Source of the DNA: Squalus acanthias | Lineage: Eukaryota | Assembly (NCBI GenBank): GCA_030390025.1 | Contig: CM059432.1 | Location: 119,910,001-119,974,000 of the forward strand | Length of the DNA stretch: 64,000 nucleotides | Reading direction: 5' to 3' | Shown: one piece after another, positions 48,004-60,617 of the stretch | How positions within the stretch are numbered: position 1 is the stretch's first letter | Layout of the letters: each line of letters starts with the position of its first letter | Notes under the pieces: generated by a model | Seen by the model: only the letters and a program-made list of their open reading frames with translations | The model's database searches: none | What the model was told of the DNA's origin: nothing | Position numbers and translations under genes: made by a program

Positions 48004-49239
48004 CTAAGCAAATCTGGTCAAGATCAGTGCACCCCTTGCATCCCAGGCAGCAATGTTCTCTCGTGCTGCTGCCGCTGGTTGATGCGCCTCTGCAAGCTCT
48101 TCATTGTCGCTCTCCTCCTCCTCATCTGAGGAGGCTATGCGCTGAGCCACTTGTACCTCATGCAGCTGCAAGCCACGATGCTGTGCCATGTTGTGAAGTG
48201 CACAGCAGACACGACGATTCTGGAGACCCTGGCTGCTGAGTACTGCAGGGCTCCACCTGATCTATCAAGGCATCTGAATCGCATCTTCAGCAAGCCGATG
48301 GTTTGCTCGATAATGGATCTGGTGGAAATTGTGGCTGGAGTTGTAGTGCTCCTCAGCTTCGTTGGATGGGCTCCTCAACAGCGTCATTAGCCATGTCTTC
48401 AGGGGATAGCCCTTGTCTCCAAGTAGCCATCCGCAAAGTTGGTCTGGCGGACTGAAGAGCGGAGACACACTCGACTGCCGCAGGATGAAGGAGTCATGAC
48501 AACTGCCAGGGTACTTGGCACAAACATGCAAAATTTCCTTATTGTGGTTACACACCAGCTGCACGTTGAGGGAGTGGAAGCCCTTGCGGCTGACAAAAAT
48601 ACCTGGATTGTGATGGGGTGCCTTAAGGGCCACATGTGTGCAGTCTACAATGTCCTGCACCCTTGGAAAGCCTGCTAGATTAGCAAATCCAACCGCACGC
48701 GCGGTTACACTTGCTTGGTCCTTGGAGAAGTTGATGTAATTGTGCACGTTGGCAAAGAGGACATCGGTTACCTGCGTGATGCAAGTTTGTGCTGCTGCCT
48801 GGGAGATGCCGCTGATGTCTGCTGTTGATCCCTGGAATGAGCCTGAAGCAAAAAAGTTGAGTGCGGTGGTGACTTTGACAGCCACTGGTAAGGGGTGTCC
48901 ACCCGCTCCTCTGGGCTGCAGGTCTTGCTGCAGCATTGCGCAGATGTCACCCACTACCTCTTGCGAAAGTCTGAGCCTCCTTTGGCACTGCTGCTCAGTC
49001 ATGTTGAGGTAGCTCATCCTTTGTCTGTAAACCTTGTTTTGGGGGTATCTCCTGCGGCGACGTGCTTCCATGCTCTGGTGCCTTCTGGCCTGTGCAGCTT
49101 CAGGTGGGTGAGCAGCAGGTTGGCGCTCCTGTTGTTGCTCCTGCTGTTGGTGCTGCTGTTGTTCCGGGTTCTGCTGCTGCCGTGGCTGGTCTTTGTCCAA
49201 ATCTGAGGTCCAGGAGGAAAGCAAATAAATGGTTCCCAT
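48004..49239 (-). pseudogene. Harbinger (HARBI1-like) DDE transposase, frameshifted near the 3' end
   Basis: [29 protein letters not shown] and LLGDKGYP. After the frameshift, [17 protein letters not shown] and an acidic tail. Confidence 0.88.
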
Positions 49240-49821
49240 GCTGCAGGTATATACCTCAGTTGAGGAAGCGCTCAGTCAAGGTGTGGTTTCCCAGGAGGTC
49301 ACAATGGAGACGGATCTCAGCTTCAAAACTTCCAAAACGAGTAGGCCTGAAAAAAGTTCTCCCAGAAAATAAAGTTCTGCCACCTGCAAATGATAATTGT
49401 GGAAAACTCTGTTTTTATGGTGGACCTGCAGCTGTTAGTAAGCCATCCACTTGTGAGCCCGCCCGGATTAACTGGCGTGTTCAAGATGAGACGTGCAGCA
49501 CGTGGGAAATGTGTTAAATTCAGAAAGGCCTCTCAAAATGGCATTATAGAGGCAATTAAGTAGTTGTTAAGTGCCTTAAGGGCCGATCCCACCTCTTGGA
49601 GGCGGGATCGAAATGGGGTCTGAAAGGCCGCTTCGGGAAAGTTGCTCAGAGGCGGTTGGAGGTGGGATCGGAGCCCGACGCCATTTTTGGCAACTTTCCC
49701 ACCTGACCCGCCTTCAAACTCACCTCCTCAGGCCCAGCAAAATCCAGCCCAATGCTCCAGCTGGGGCCGAACTATTTTTTTTATAAAGGTTTAACATAAC
49801 TTCCTGGCTTTTGTACTCTAT

Positions 49822-50572
49822 GGGGGAAAAATTCAGTATTGACCATTTTGTGGCGCTAACATCGCCTGGGCGCTAACATTTTCGCCCGGCGCTAATTAGC
49901 GTCAGCGACCGCAAAATTACATTTTAGCGCCCCAAGAGGGATGTGGAGCGCTAAATCAAGCGCTCCTCTGCCTTCTTAGGGTGCTAACGTCGGAGAGCGG
50001 GGCGGGGACTTCAGCAGCGCTGCACACTGGGCTGTGCAGCACTGCCACGTTCAAACGCTCTTTCTATCCCTTAAAGGGAAGGGCCATCGCTGCAGGCTCT
50101 GCAATTTAAAAAGTACCTACCTGGACCACCAAGGCAGCTGCGATCCCATGTGATCAGCCCAGCACTCAAGCAGAGTGCCGGGCTGATTGATCGCCAGCAG
50201 GAACCTGCGAAAAAAACTAGAACAGGAAAGGTAAATTTTTGTTTAACTTACCTCGGCCACCTCGCCTTTAATCATCGCCCCCGAAGCGGCTGGCCGTCCG
50301 ATGCACGCCTCCTGCAGCTGTCGGTGTTTTCGACCGGCGCTGCTGCAGGGGGCAGAAGTCAATTTCGGGTCCGGGGCGCTACCGGGGCGATGCGCATGGT
50401 GATGACGTCATGATCTCCGGGCAAAGGAGATCGGGACGCAAAACCGTAGCGCCGCAGCAAAACTCCCACTGAATATGGCGGGAGTTGATGTCAGCACCGC
50501 GCCCGGTCGCAAAGCCATTTGCGTCCCATTAGCGCCTCCACGGGAGATGCAAAGGCACCCAATTTCACCCCC
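49822..50572. mobile_element. Harbinger-type MITE in CR1 fragment
   Basis: TIRs GGGGGAAAAATT / GGGGGTGAAATT. Subterminal GGCGCTAA motifs shared with the 15292 and 41447 MITEs. Flanks TAT/TAA. Confidence 0.75.
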
Positions 50573-50835
50573 TAAGCCACTGTTTATAAAGCCCAGGATC
50601 CCTATGCTTATTAACTGTTTGTTAACCTGTCCTGCCACCTAAAAAAATTTGCGCACCAACACCCCCAGGTCTCTCTGTTCTTGCACCCCCTTTAAAATTG
50701 TACCATTTAGTGTGTATTGTCTCTCCTCAATCTTCCTACCAAAATGTCTCACCTCACACTTTTCTACGTTGAATTCCATCTGCCATGTGACCGCCCATTC
50801 CACCAGCCTGTCTATGACCTCTTGAAGTCTATTAC
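50573..50835 (-). mobile_element. CR1 RT fragment (also 45455-45486 and 49751-49821)
   Basis: WQMEFNVEKCEVRHFG...QRDLGVLV. Confidence 0.75.
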
Positions 50836-51491
50836 TATCTTCCGGCCACGATCTTCCGGTGGCCGGGTGCAATCTCTTGCCTCTGCAACCCCCACCCACC
50901 CACCCCCGCCGTCACTCGACAGCCCCGCTCATTTGCCTGCCTTCACCACCCCCACCCCGGTCTCTCAACAGTTCCAATCACTTGCCTGCCTCCCCCCCCG
51001 GTCCTTCGATGACCCGGATCACTTGCCTACCTCACCCACCCCCAGTCCCTCGACGGCTGCGATCTCCTGTTGTCCAACCCCGGTACCTCGACAGCCCCAA
51101 TCACTTGCCTGCCTTCCCTCCCTCCACCCCTGGTCCCTCAACAGCCGCGATCTTCATGTGCCTCCCCCTGCCACCCCCCAACCCCCACCCCCCCCCCCGG
51201 TCTTCTGGAGACCGTGTTCCTCTGTTGCCTCCTCCCCTGGTCTTCCGGCAGCCGACACCGGCCCCCAACTGATCCTTCCCTCCTTCCTCTGTGCGGCCTA
51301 CCCACCCGAAGCCAGCCAGCCTCTCCATCTGGCTGGCTGCGGGTGGGAAACAGAGGCTTCAGTTGCAAATCAGGCCCTGCCATTAAAGTCATCCAGGCCT
51401 GCGGGAAACTCGTTCTCCCGGGTTTCCCGCCTGCAATGGAGCCCCACTGCTCTCAACCCGCCTTCCCCATGAAAATCCAGCCCCATAAATT

Positions 51492-51590
51492 TCTGATGAA
51501 GGGTCATCGACCTGAAACGTTAACTCTGTTTCTCTCTCCACAGGTGCTGTCTGACCTGCTGAGTATTTCCAGCATTTTCTGTTTTTATCC
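51492..51590 (+). mobile_element. Penelope terminal-repeat fragment
   Basis: Reverse-complement homolog of 41390-41446 and 42342-42378. Confidence 0.6.
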
Positions 51591-52356
51591 TATAAATTTT
51601 GACAAGATCAAAGATGGCAGCTATGGGGGTGAACAGCTCAATTTTGGACCCAATTTTTTCATCAGTATTAAGCCGAGCTGTTTTTAACGCCCACTCAAAA
51701 TCAATGCTTCACTCTGAAATATTCCCTTGGTAGGTAAATAATGCCCAGATAGCATTAATCAACATTGATTGTTTAGTTAGCAGTGCTGTGCTAGACAGTC
51801 GCATATTGTATTGATTATACTATGACAGCAAGCAACATTGGTCTCTGAAGTTGAAAGATCAACAACAATAATAATATCTTGAACTGAGTAAGACAGTTGA
51901 CTCCAGTACAACACCATAATTGTCCTTGACCTTTAACCAGAAGCTTTACAAATTGTCTTGAAAAACTGTACAGCTGAAACACTGGAGCACGTGTAATGAG
52001 CGTCAGAACGTTGTTCAGCTTTGAATTTGGTTTTGAATTCAGTTTGGGAGGCCCAATATTTTGGTGTCGGTGGAGCTGAATCTGATAGGCTGTTGCTGCT
52101 CCCATTTACAATTTTTTAGATTGCCAAAGAATATCATTCCACCTCTTCCTGTGTCAGCTGGAAGAATGGAATCATGTTCAAAACTACAGGGCAGATTTTG
52201 CTGTTCCGGTTCTGGGGGGATTGGACCAGATGGGAGCAGCACATACAAGAAAATCAGGTGGGGTGGAACATATGCCCATGAGGAAGCCCACCTGATTTTG
52301 CATGCAGTAAAATTAATGGATGGAAGACTATGCGGGTTCTGATAGGGCCTGCATTC

Positions 52357-53156
52357 TGTAAGAAAATAAGCATGTGCTGAATAAACTGCTGTGACTGAGC
52401 TGTGCCGGCTGCTTGCTGCTAATCAGTTAAGGAAGTGACAGACCCTGAGCAGGAACAAACGGTTGGGCATTACAAAGACAGTACCTCTTCAGACAAATGG
52501 GGTGAACGGCCTTGGAGCTCGGGGTCATGAAACAAAGCATCTGTAGCTGAAGGGCGGAGACAGACCTTGGGAGCTCTGCAAAACAGGACACGAGTTAACG
52601 AGTTTTGCACAATGTGCATTGTGACCAAATGGTCGGCCGACACAAGATGTGTATGTGTGAGAGATTGACAGCTCAGACAACTTAAACCGAACATTGGAGG
52701 AACGCCTCTCACAGCCTGCATGATGGAAATCTACGGAGAAGAACAAGAACTGTATAAAAGACAGTGACTAAAAGCTATCAGTACTGCAGTCGGAAGGAGG
52801 TGGCCTGGCCAGTCACCTCGCCTACGCGGATCAGGCTGCAGTCAGAAGGAGGTGGTTTGGCCAGTCACCCCGCCTACGCGGATCAGGCTGCAGTCAGAAG
52901 AAGGTGGTTTGGCCAGTCACCTCGCCTACGAGGACCTACAATCAACGCTGGACTGATCATCTGCGGGTGGCTGGACATGTGATCTCTTGCAACATTATTG
53001 GTGTACTGCTCGAATTAATAGCAATAGTGAGAGGGGTTTTGAATCTGTCTTAAGGACAATAAAATCTTAAAGACGGAACTCGTGTGTCTTGTGTAATTTC
53101 TCGTAAATCTCAAGTACGAATCAGTAACCTGTAGGTCTCAGGAGTGAGGTCTTATA
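52357..53156 (+). mobile_element. Solo LTR (800 bp)
   Basis: Termini TGTAAGA...TCTTATA (TCTTACA with C>T); TSD ATTC at 52353-52356 and 53157-53160; TATAAAA near 52753; AATAAA at 53058; internal 52-bp tandem repeat. Confidence 0.8.
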
Positions 53157-53809
53157 ATTCCTCCCAGCCAAATTTTCCTCTATTCACCACACCCAGGCAA
53201 TCCAATATCCCCCAGGTGCAGGAACAGGAGATCTGCTCCTTTCCAGTGATGACGTTTAGATATCTGTCTGTCCCTCTGGAATAATCAACAAAACAAAAAA
53301 AATGTTTTCTACATGAAAGTTCTGACATGCCTCTGTAGCTGTATTTCTAGCAAAAAGTAGCCAAGTCCTTGCACCCCATCACTTACAATCAGATACAGGA
53401 AATCACAGTGCACATATTCTGAGGAGCCATTGTATTACTCTTCAGATATGCATCAGCGGTTTTAAATAGGAATGCACAAAATGTATCACATCAGGCAAAA
53501 TTTGGATATTTGCAAATTAACCACAAAAGCACTCAGTGCTGATAACTTGAGGTTATTGGTCAAGTTGAAATCTTATTTCTACAGAAAATATAACATTCTT
53601 AGAACTTGCCAGAATAAAAAGACTGATACAATATTGTGGTATCAAGAGTCTATTGTACCAAAATATTCTCCGAGGATTGTAATTAAATCATGATAGTGAA
53701 CAAAAGGATTGTTTACCATGAGGGTGCGAGAATTTACATCCAAGCTCCCAATTCAGGCAATGTTCTTGAAAGATTTTTCATTCAATTTTAAAGTACTAGG
53801 AGAGATAAG

Positions 53810-54705
53810 ATCTCCTCAGCCCCAGGACATCGCTGCAGGAGGTCCTCAGGGCAGTGTCCTAGGCCCAACCATCTTCAGCTGCTTCATCAATGATCTTCCC
53901 TCCTTCATAGGGTCAGAAGAGGAAATATTTGCTGATGATTGCATTGTGTACAGTTCCATTTGCAGGTCCTCAGATAATGAAGCAGTCTTTGCCCACATGC
54001 AGCAAGACCTGGATGACATTCAGCATAGGCTGATAAGTGGCAAGTAACATTTGTGCCACACAAGTGCCAGGCAATGACTATCTCCAACAAGCAGAGTCAA
54101 ACCACCACCCCTTGACATTCAACGGCATTAACATTCCCGAATCCCCCACCATCGACACCCCACCATTGACCAGAAACTTAACTGGCCCAGTTACATAAAT
54201 ACAGTGGCTACAAGAGCAGGTCAGCAGCTGGATATTCTGCGGCGAGTGTCTCACCTCTTGACTCCCCAAAGCCTTTCCACCATCTACAAGGCACAAAGTT
54301 GCCCGCTTGATTGGCACCCCATCCACCATCTTAAACATTCACTCCCTCCACCACCGGTGCACCGTGGCTGCAGTGTGTACCATACACAAGATGTACTGCA
54401 GAGACTCACCAAGGCTTCTTCAATAGCACCTCCCAAACCTGCGGCCTCTACCACCTAGAAGGACAAGGGTAGCAGGTGCATGGGAACACCATCACATCCA
54501 AGTCACACACCATCCTGACTTGGAAATATATCGCCGTTCCTTCATTGTTGCTGGCTCCCTACTTAACAGTACTGTGGGAGTACCTTCACCACAGACTGCA
54601 CCGGTTCAAGAAGGCGACTCACCATCACCTTCTCAAGGGCAATTAGGGATGGGCAATAAATGCTGGCCTTACCAGCAATGCCCACATCCCATAAATGGAT
54701 AAAAT
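53810..54705 (+). mobile_element. Fragment of the 17060-20133 LINE family (RT to 3' tail)
   Basis: [19 protein letters not shown]...FADD; tail CAAGGGCAATTAGGGATGGGCAATAAA. Confidence 0.82.
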
Positions 54706-55366
54706 AAATTGTAGAATGTTATTGAAGTAAATCCAATGGATTTTGTTTTCAATAATTCTTTATGTTCATAACAATTAGCAGTTTAATTTCTTGTTCCCAG
54801 TATTATTCAATAATTATTTCCAGATGGTTGATTTTATCTCTTTAAGTAAACTACCAACCTTCATTATGTTTTCTTGATACTGATTTTACATTTACATAGT
54901 TTAATATTAATTATTAAACTATGTAAATATAAGTAGCATATTTTCTTAGAGGATATGGGTGTTAACTTTAAGGAGCATGAATATTTTAAGGAGTGCATAT
55001 ATTTATATCTATTGCATAACTGCTCAGTATCTCTATAGGTGATCATCTAGAATAATTTGTGAAGCTATAATCTAAGACAAAAGACGCACTTAAATCAAGG
55101 CTATGTTGCAAATTTATACTTTTCATGAATTAATTTCTAAAGTTGATTCTTATCAATAATTTAGTTAGCAGGTGTTGCGGTTTTCAACTTCTAATAATGG
55201 CCATGGGGCTTTTTTTTGCAAAAATTGATTTTAGAGACTTTTCTCCTGCTTTTCAATGGCTCACTATGGGCTAGATTATTTTCTATTCTCGACTTGTGCA
55301 GTGATCTGATGTCGCGGATTGCCCAGCCATTCTAGAACCTGGCTGATTTTCATTCATAGAGTCATA

Positions 55367-56212
55367 GGGGGTGATTTTGCCAGCCCTGGGGAGGCGGGTA
55401 TGGAGGCGGGACTGCCGGGAAAATGGCAGAATTTGGGGGCGGGTGCCCAACCTGCCCCCAACCCGCCTCCATGCCATCTTCCCAGGAGGCGGGTAGCTGT
55501 CCCGCGCCGGGTTCCGTCTCCTTGGAGGCAGGAAGGGATTAAAGCCTATTAACTGCCTGTTAACAGGTAGTTAACATGCAAAAAATAGGATTATCCCCTT
55601 TTTGCCCTCACAAGTGCGGCCTTCCCGAAGGCTCCAAAACACGCCAGCTCAGCGAGGCGAGTACTGGGTCTGCGGGGGTCAGGGGGGTGCAAAAATGTGT
55701 GGTGTGAAGGTAAGTGATGGGTGCAAGAGTGTAGAGGTGAGTATCTGAGGTAAGTGCAAAGTGGTTTTAAAAGTGTACTTACCTTTGTTTCTTCCTGCAG
55801 GCTTCAGTTGGTTTGTATGCGGAGACTCTTGGACCTCCGTGTTGCAGATGAGAGATGGCCGTTGGATTCTCAGATGCAACAACCATCTAATTTCTGTAAA
55901 AGAAAGAAGGTTGATGAGGTCTTGTATGCAAGACCTCATCAAACTGCAGAGAATGTCACTGTTTGACAGCTTCACAGAGCTGTCAAATGATGACAATTCA
56001 TCTGTCAAAAATTTTGACAGATGAAACGTCATACGTTGACGTGCTCTGCAATCGGCTTTCCCTTGATTGGCCTGCTAAGCCCGCTGGGCAGGCTTAACAA
56101 GGTCAATCAAGGGAAAATAGCCTGGGTTGGCCACAAATTGATGGAGGTGGGACATTGCCCTGACAAGCAGCAGTCCCGCATCCAATGCGCCCCCATTCAC
56201 AAAATCACCCCC
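55367..56212. mobile_element. Harbinger-type MITE
   Basis: Perfect 13-bp TIR GGGGGTGATTTTG; TSD ATA. Confidence 0.88.
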
Positions 56213-56364
56213 ATAGAGTCACAACGGCACAGAAGGACACCATTCAGCCCATCAAGTCTGTGCAGGCTCTCTGTAGAGCAATCCAGTCAGTCCCATTCCC
56301 CCACTCTACCCCGTAGCCCTGCACGTTTATTTCCCTCAAGTGCCAATCCCCTTGAAAACATTGA

Positions 56365-57198
56365 GGGCTGGATTTTCTCAATGGGAAGCTTTTGGAGGCG
56401 GGACTGCTGCTTGCCGGCTTTCAATCCCGCCTCCATCAGCTCCTGGCCAACCAGCGGGATTTTCCCTTGATTGACCTTGTTAAGCCTGCCCAGCGGGCTC
56501 AGCAGGCCAATTAGGGGGATGTCAGTGACAGAGCATGTCAACGTATGACGTGCCATCTGTCAAGAACTTTTGAAAGAAGAAATATCATCGTTTGACAGCT
56601 CTGTGAAGCTGTCAAACTCTGACATTCTGTGTAGTTTGATGAGTCCTTGTGTTCAGGACTCATCAAATCTTTCAACTTTGCAGACATCCCCTGGCTGTTG
56701 GTTCGAAGGATCCAACAGCCAGTCTGTGAAATCTACAATGGAAATGTCGGGACTCCGGCTCCACAGTGGCTGAAGGCTGTAGGCAGAAACAAAGGTAAGT
56801 AAACATTTTCTAACACTTTACACTCACCTTACATACTTACCACTCCACACTTGCACCCATCACTTACCTCTACATCGCACTTTCAGACCCCGCAGACCTC
56901 CTACTCGTTTCCTACACCCTGGCGGGGTTCCCCGAGGTCGGAAAGCCTGCACTTCGGAAGGAAAAATGGGGATAATCCTATTTTCTGCCTGTTGACTACC
57001 TGTTAACAGGCAGTTAATAGGCTTTAATCCCTTTCCTGCCTCGAGGAGACAGGACCAGGGCAGGACAGCTTCCCGCCTCCTGGCAAGAGGGCACATAGGC
57101 GGGTCGGGGGCGGATTTGCCACCCGCCTCCAAATTCTGCAACTTTACCTGCAGTCCCACTTCGATACCCGCCTCCTCGGGGCTGACAAAATCCAGCCC
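56365..57198. mobile_element. Harbinger-type MITE (inverted relative to 55367-56212)
   Basis: TIR GGGCTGGATTTT, the same as the 45487 autonomous element; TSD TGA. Confidence 0.88.
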
Positions 57199-57396
57199 TG
57201 AGTGTCTCCACTTCCACCACTTCCGTCGGCAGCGAGTTCCAGGTCCTCACCACTCGCTGTGTAAAAAAGTTTTTCCTCACTTCCCCCCTGTATCTCTTGC
57301 CCAAAACCTTAAATCTGTGTCCCCTAGTCCTTGTACCATCAACTAGTGGGTACAGCCTTTCCCCGTCTAGCCGAACCAAACCCATCATAATCTTGT

Positions 57397-57599
57397 AAAG
57401 AAAAAAGAAAGACTTGCATTTATATAGCGCCTTTCACGACCACCAGACGTCTCAAAGCACTTTACAGTCAATTAAGTACTTTTGAAGTGGAGTCACTGTT
57501 GTAATGTGGGAAACGTGGCAGCCAATTTTACACAGCAAGGTCCCACAAACTGCAATGTGATAATGACCAGATAATCTGTTTCTGTTATGCTCGTTGAGG
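57397..57599 (-). mobile_element. DeuSINE 3' fragment
   Basis: Reverse complement of the 3' half of 36737-37204. Confidence 0.75.
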
Positions 57600-60319
57600 T
57601 TACACCTCTATCAAATCACCCCTCAACCTCCTTTGCTCTAATGAAAACAAATCCAGCTTCTCCAGCCTGTCCTTGTAGCTAAGATCCCCCATCCCCAGAA
57701 CCATTCTGGTAAATCTCCTATGCACCCTCTCAAATGCCTTCACATCCTTCCTAAAGTGTGGTGACCAGAACTGGACGCAATACTCCAGTTGTGGCCTAAC
57801 CAGCACATTATAAAGGTTCAGCATAACTTCTCTACTTTTGTACTCAATACCTCTATTTATGAAGCCCAAGATCCCATATGCTTTGCTAACTACTCTCTCA
57901 ATATGTCCTGCCACCTTCAGGGACCTAAGTACATTAACTCCCAGGTCCCACTGTCCCTGCACACTCTTTAAAACTATACCATTAAGTAGATATAGGCTCT
58001 CCCTGTTCCTTCTGCCAAAATGCAGCACCTCACACTTCTCTGTATTAAATTCCATCTGCTAGCCTTTCTATGTCCTGTTGCAGTCGATTGGTATCATCCT
58101 CACTGTTTGCCGCATCCCCAAGTTTGGTGTCATCAGCAAATTTAGAAATACAACACTGTATTCCAATATCCAGGTCAATTATATACATCAAAAAAAGCAG
58201 TGGCCCCAGCACTGACCCTTGGGGAACACAACTGTCTACCATCCTCCAGTCTGAAAAACAGCCATTTACTACAACTCGCTGTTTTCTGTCCTTATGCCAA
58301 TTCCTTATCCAAACTGCCACTCACCCACCTATTCCATGAGCCTCAATTTTGTTAACCAGCCTTCTAAGTGGTACTTTGTCAAATGCCTTCCAAAAATCCA
58401 TGTAGACATCATCCATTGCATTCCCTTCATCAATCCTCTCTGTTACTTCATCAAAAAATTCAATTAGATTAGTCAAACACGATCTGCCTTTTACAAATCC
58501 GTGTTGGCTCTCCTTAATTAGCTTAAATCTCTCCAAGTGCCCATTAATTTTTTCCTTGCTTATTGTTTCTAAAAATTTACCCACCACTGATGTGAAACTG
58601 ACCAGCCTGTAGTTACTAGGATTGTCCTTACACCCTTTCTTGAACAGTGGAGTCACATTTGTCACTGTCCAATCCTCAGGCACCTCCCCCATATCTAGGG
58701 AAGATTGGAAAATTATGGCAAGCCCTTCCACTATCTCCTCCCCCAGTTCCCTTAGCAATCTGGGATGCAAGCCATCTGGACCAGGTAACTTATCCACCTT
58801 ACATGCATTATACACCCTCTTTTTTTGTTTCATCATCTACTCCATCTCTCTCGTCATCCAAGGAGCTCTTGCTTTGGTTCCCTTACCCTTCCCTCTTATT
58901 GGAATGTAGCTAGCCTGTACTTGGAACATCTCCTCCTTAAAGATCACCCATTGTTCCGTTACAGTTTTTTCTGTCTGTCTTTGGTTCCATTTTACCCTGG
59001 CTAGATCCTTTCGCATCCCATTGAAGTTAGCTCTATTCCAGTTTAGAAGTTCCACTCTAGATTGTTCCTTGCTCCTCTCCATTGCTAATCTAAATCTTAT
59101 GATACGATGATCACTCATACCCAAGTGTTCTCCCACAGACACTTGGTCGACCTGGCCCACCTCATTCCCAGCACCAGATCCAGCAATGCCTCCTTCCTAA
59201 TTGGGTCAAGAACATACTGGTCAAGGAAATTCTCCTGAACACATTTCAGAAATTCCTCCCCCTCCTTTCCCTTTACCCTAGCATTATCCCAATCAATATT
59301 TGGGTAATTAAAGTTCCCCAATATCGCCACTCTATAGCTCTTGCATATCTCTGCGATTTCCCTGCAGATTTGCTCCTCTACCTCCCTCTCACTATTTGGA
59401 GGCCTATAGAATACCCCCAATAGCATGATCATACCCTTTTTGCTCCTCAACTCTAACCAAATGGATTCTGTCCTTGTCCCCTCAAGAACATCCTCCCTTT
59501 CCAACACTACAATGTCTTCCTTAATGAGCACTGCCACCCCACCTCCGTTTTTTTCCTTCCCTATCTTTTCTGAACACCTTGTATCCTTGAATATTAATTG
59601 CCGAGTCCTCACTGTTTTTAAGCCACGTTTCCGTTATTGCCACATGGCTAATTGTGCTTGTAGCTCACCAACCTTATTCACCACAATTTTTGCATTTACG
59701 TACATGTATTCTAAACCCATTTTTGAATTTTTCATATTCTTTCTTAGTCTGCTCCTATCTAATATGGTACTACTTCTGCCTCTAGTACTACTTTTTCTCT
59801 CGTACTATCCAACACACTCACTCTTTTATGCACCTTATTCCTCTTTTCTACTCCTATATGATGGTGCCCATCCCCCTGCAAAGCCATTGATGGACTGAAA
59901 ATCGAGCAGGTTCTATAAATGATAGGCAGTCTGCTCCATCAGATTACCACCCAGGCAGTGAGCATCAATATCTACTCCTATAAATTCTCACCTTTGACAA
60001 AGAATCTCAATTAAATGGCAGCTTGTTGCAAAGCCTGCTGGAGCACCAATCTGTAGCACTGCAAAGTGGAGGGTATATCTCTCTATATCCCCCACTACCA
60101 AAATCCCAATCTCAACTGCTTCACACTGTCACATGGAGGCCAAGAGGAATATCAACGAGGGTTCATGCCCGTGCCACTCGTGAACCTTATACTTGGTGAT
60201 AGTGTGTATAAAGTCCAAGAAAAGGTGAAAAATAAATTAAAGCAAATGTGATTTCCTATAGCTGTCCAATTTTCTGGCTCTTATACTTGTGCAACCTGCT
60301 GGTGTATGTGTTTGGAGGT

Positions 60320-60615
60320 ATAATTCCTTCCCTCCATCATAACATCAGATGTGGGGCTGTTCACTGATGATAGATCTGTGTCCAGCTCCATTCACAATTC
60401 CTTAGATAATGAAGCAGTCTACGCCCACATGTACCAAGACCTGGACAGCCAAGTTTGGACTGAAAAGTGGCAAGTAATGTTCGTTCCACACAAGTAGCAG
60501 GCAATGACCATCTGACCATCTCTAACAAGAGAGAGCATAACCACCTCTCTGACATTCAACAGCATTACCATCGTTGAATCCTCCACCATCAACATCCTAG
60601 GGATCACCGTTGACG
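60320..60615 (+). mobile_element. Fragment of the 17060-20133 LINE family
   Basis: Similar to 53895-54170 and 19320-19510. Confidence 0.65.
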
Positions 60616-60617
60616 AG

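Larger units (their letters stand above)
45487..49750. mobile_element. Near-complete autonomous PIF/Harbinger transposon (4264 bp)
   Basis: TIRs GAGCTGGATTTTG / GGGCTGGATTTTG; TSD AAT at 45484-45486 and 49751-49753; convergent Myb and transposase genes; inserted in a CR1 fragment. Confidence 0.92.
55355..59880 (-). mobile_element. CR1 LINE (EN+RT, decayed, internal deletion), hosting two MITEs and a SINE fragment
   Basis: Successive minus-strand ORFs with EN and RT motifs. (CATAGAGT) tail at about 55355. Paralog of 1-1610 lacking about 370 bp near 58800. Confidence 0.88.

Noticed and set aside
48004..49239. Domesticated host HARBI1 gene
   Set aside because: It lies between TIRs with a TSD, is paired with a Myb gene and is frameshifted, so it is a transposon copy.
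50717..51687. Pro-rich 251-aa and 205-aa ORFs
   Set aside because: They arise from C-rich degenerate repeats within a MITE-like remnant spanning CR1 and Penelope fragments.
51815..52248. Possible host exon in non-repetitive sequence
   Set aside because: No frame gives a recognisable protein, and no convincing paired splice sites were found on either strand.
52786..52930. CRISPR-like repeat array
   Set aside because: Head-to-tail tandem repeat without unique spacers, in a eukaryotic LTR, with no cas genes.
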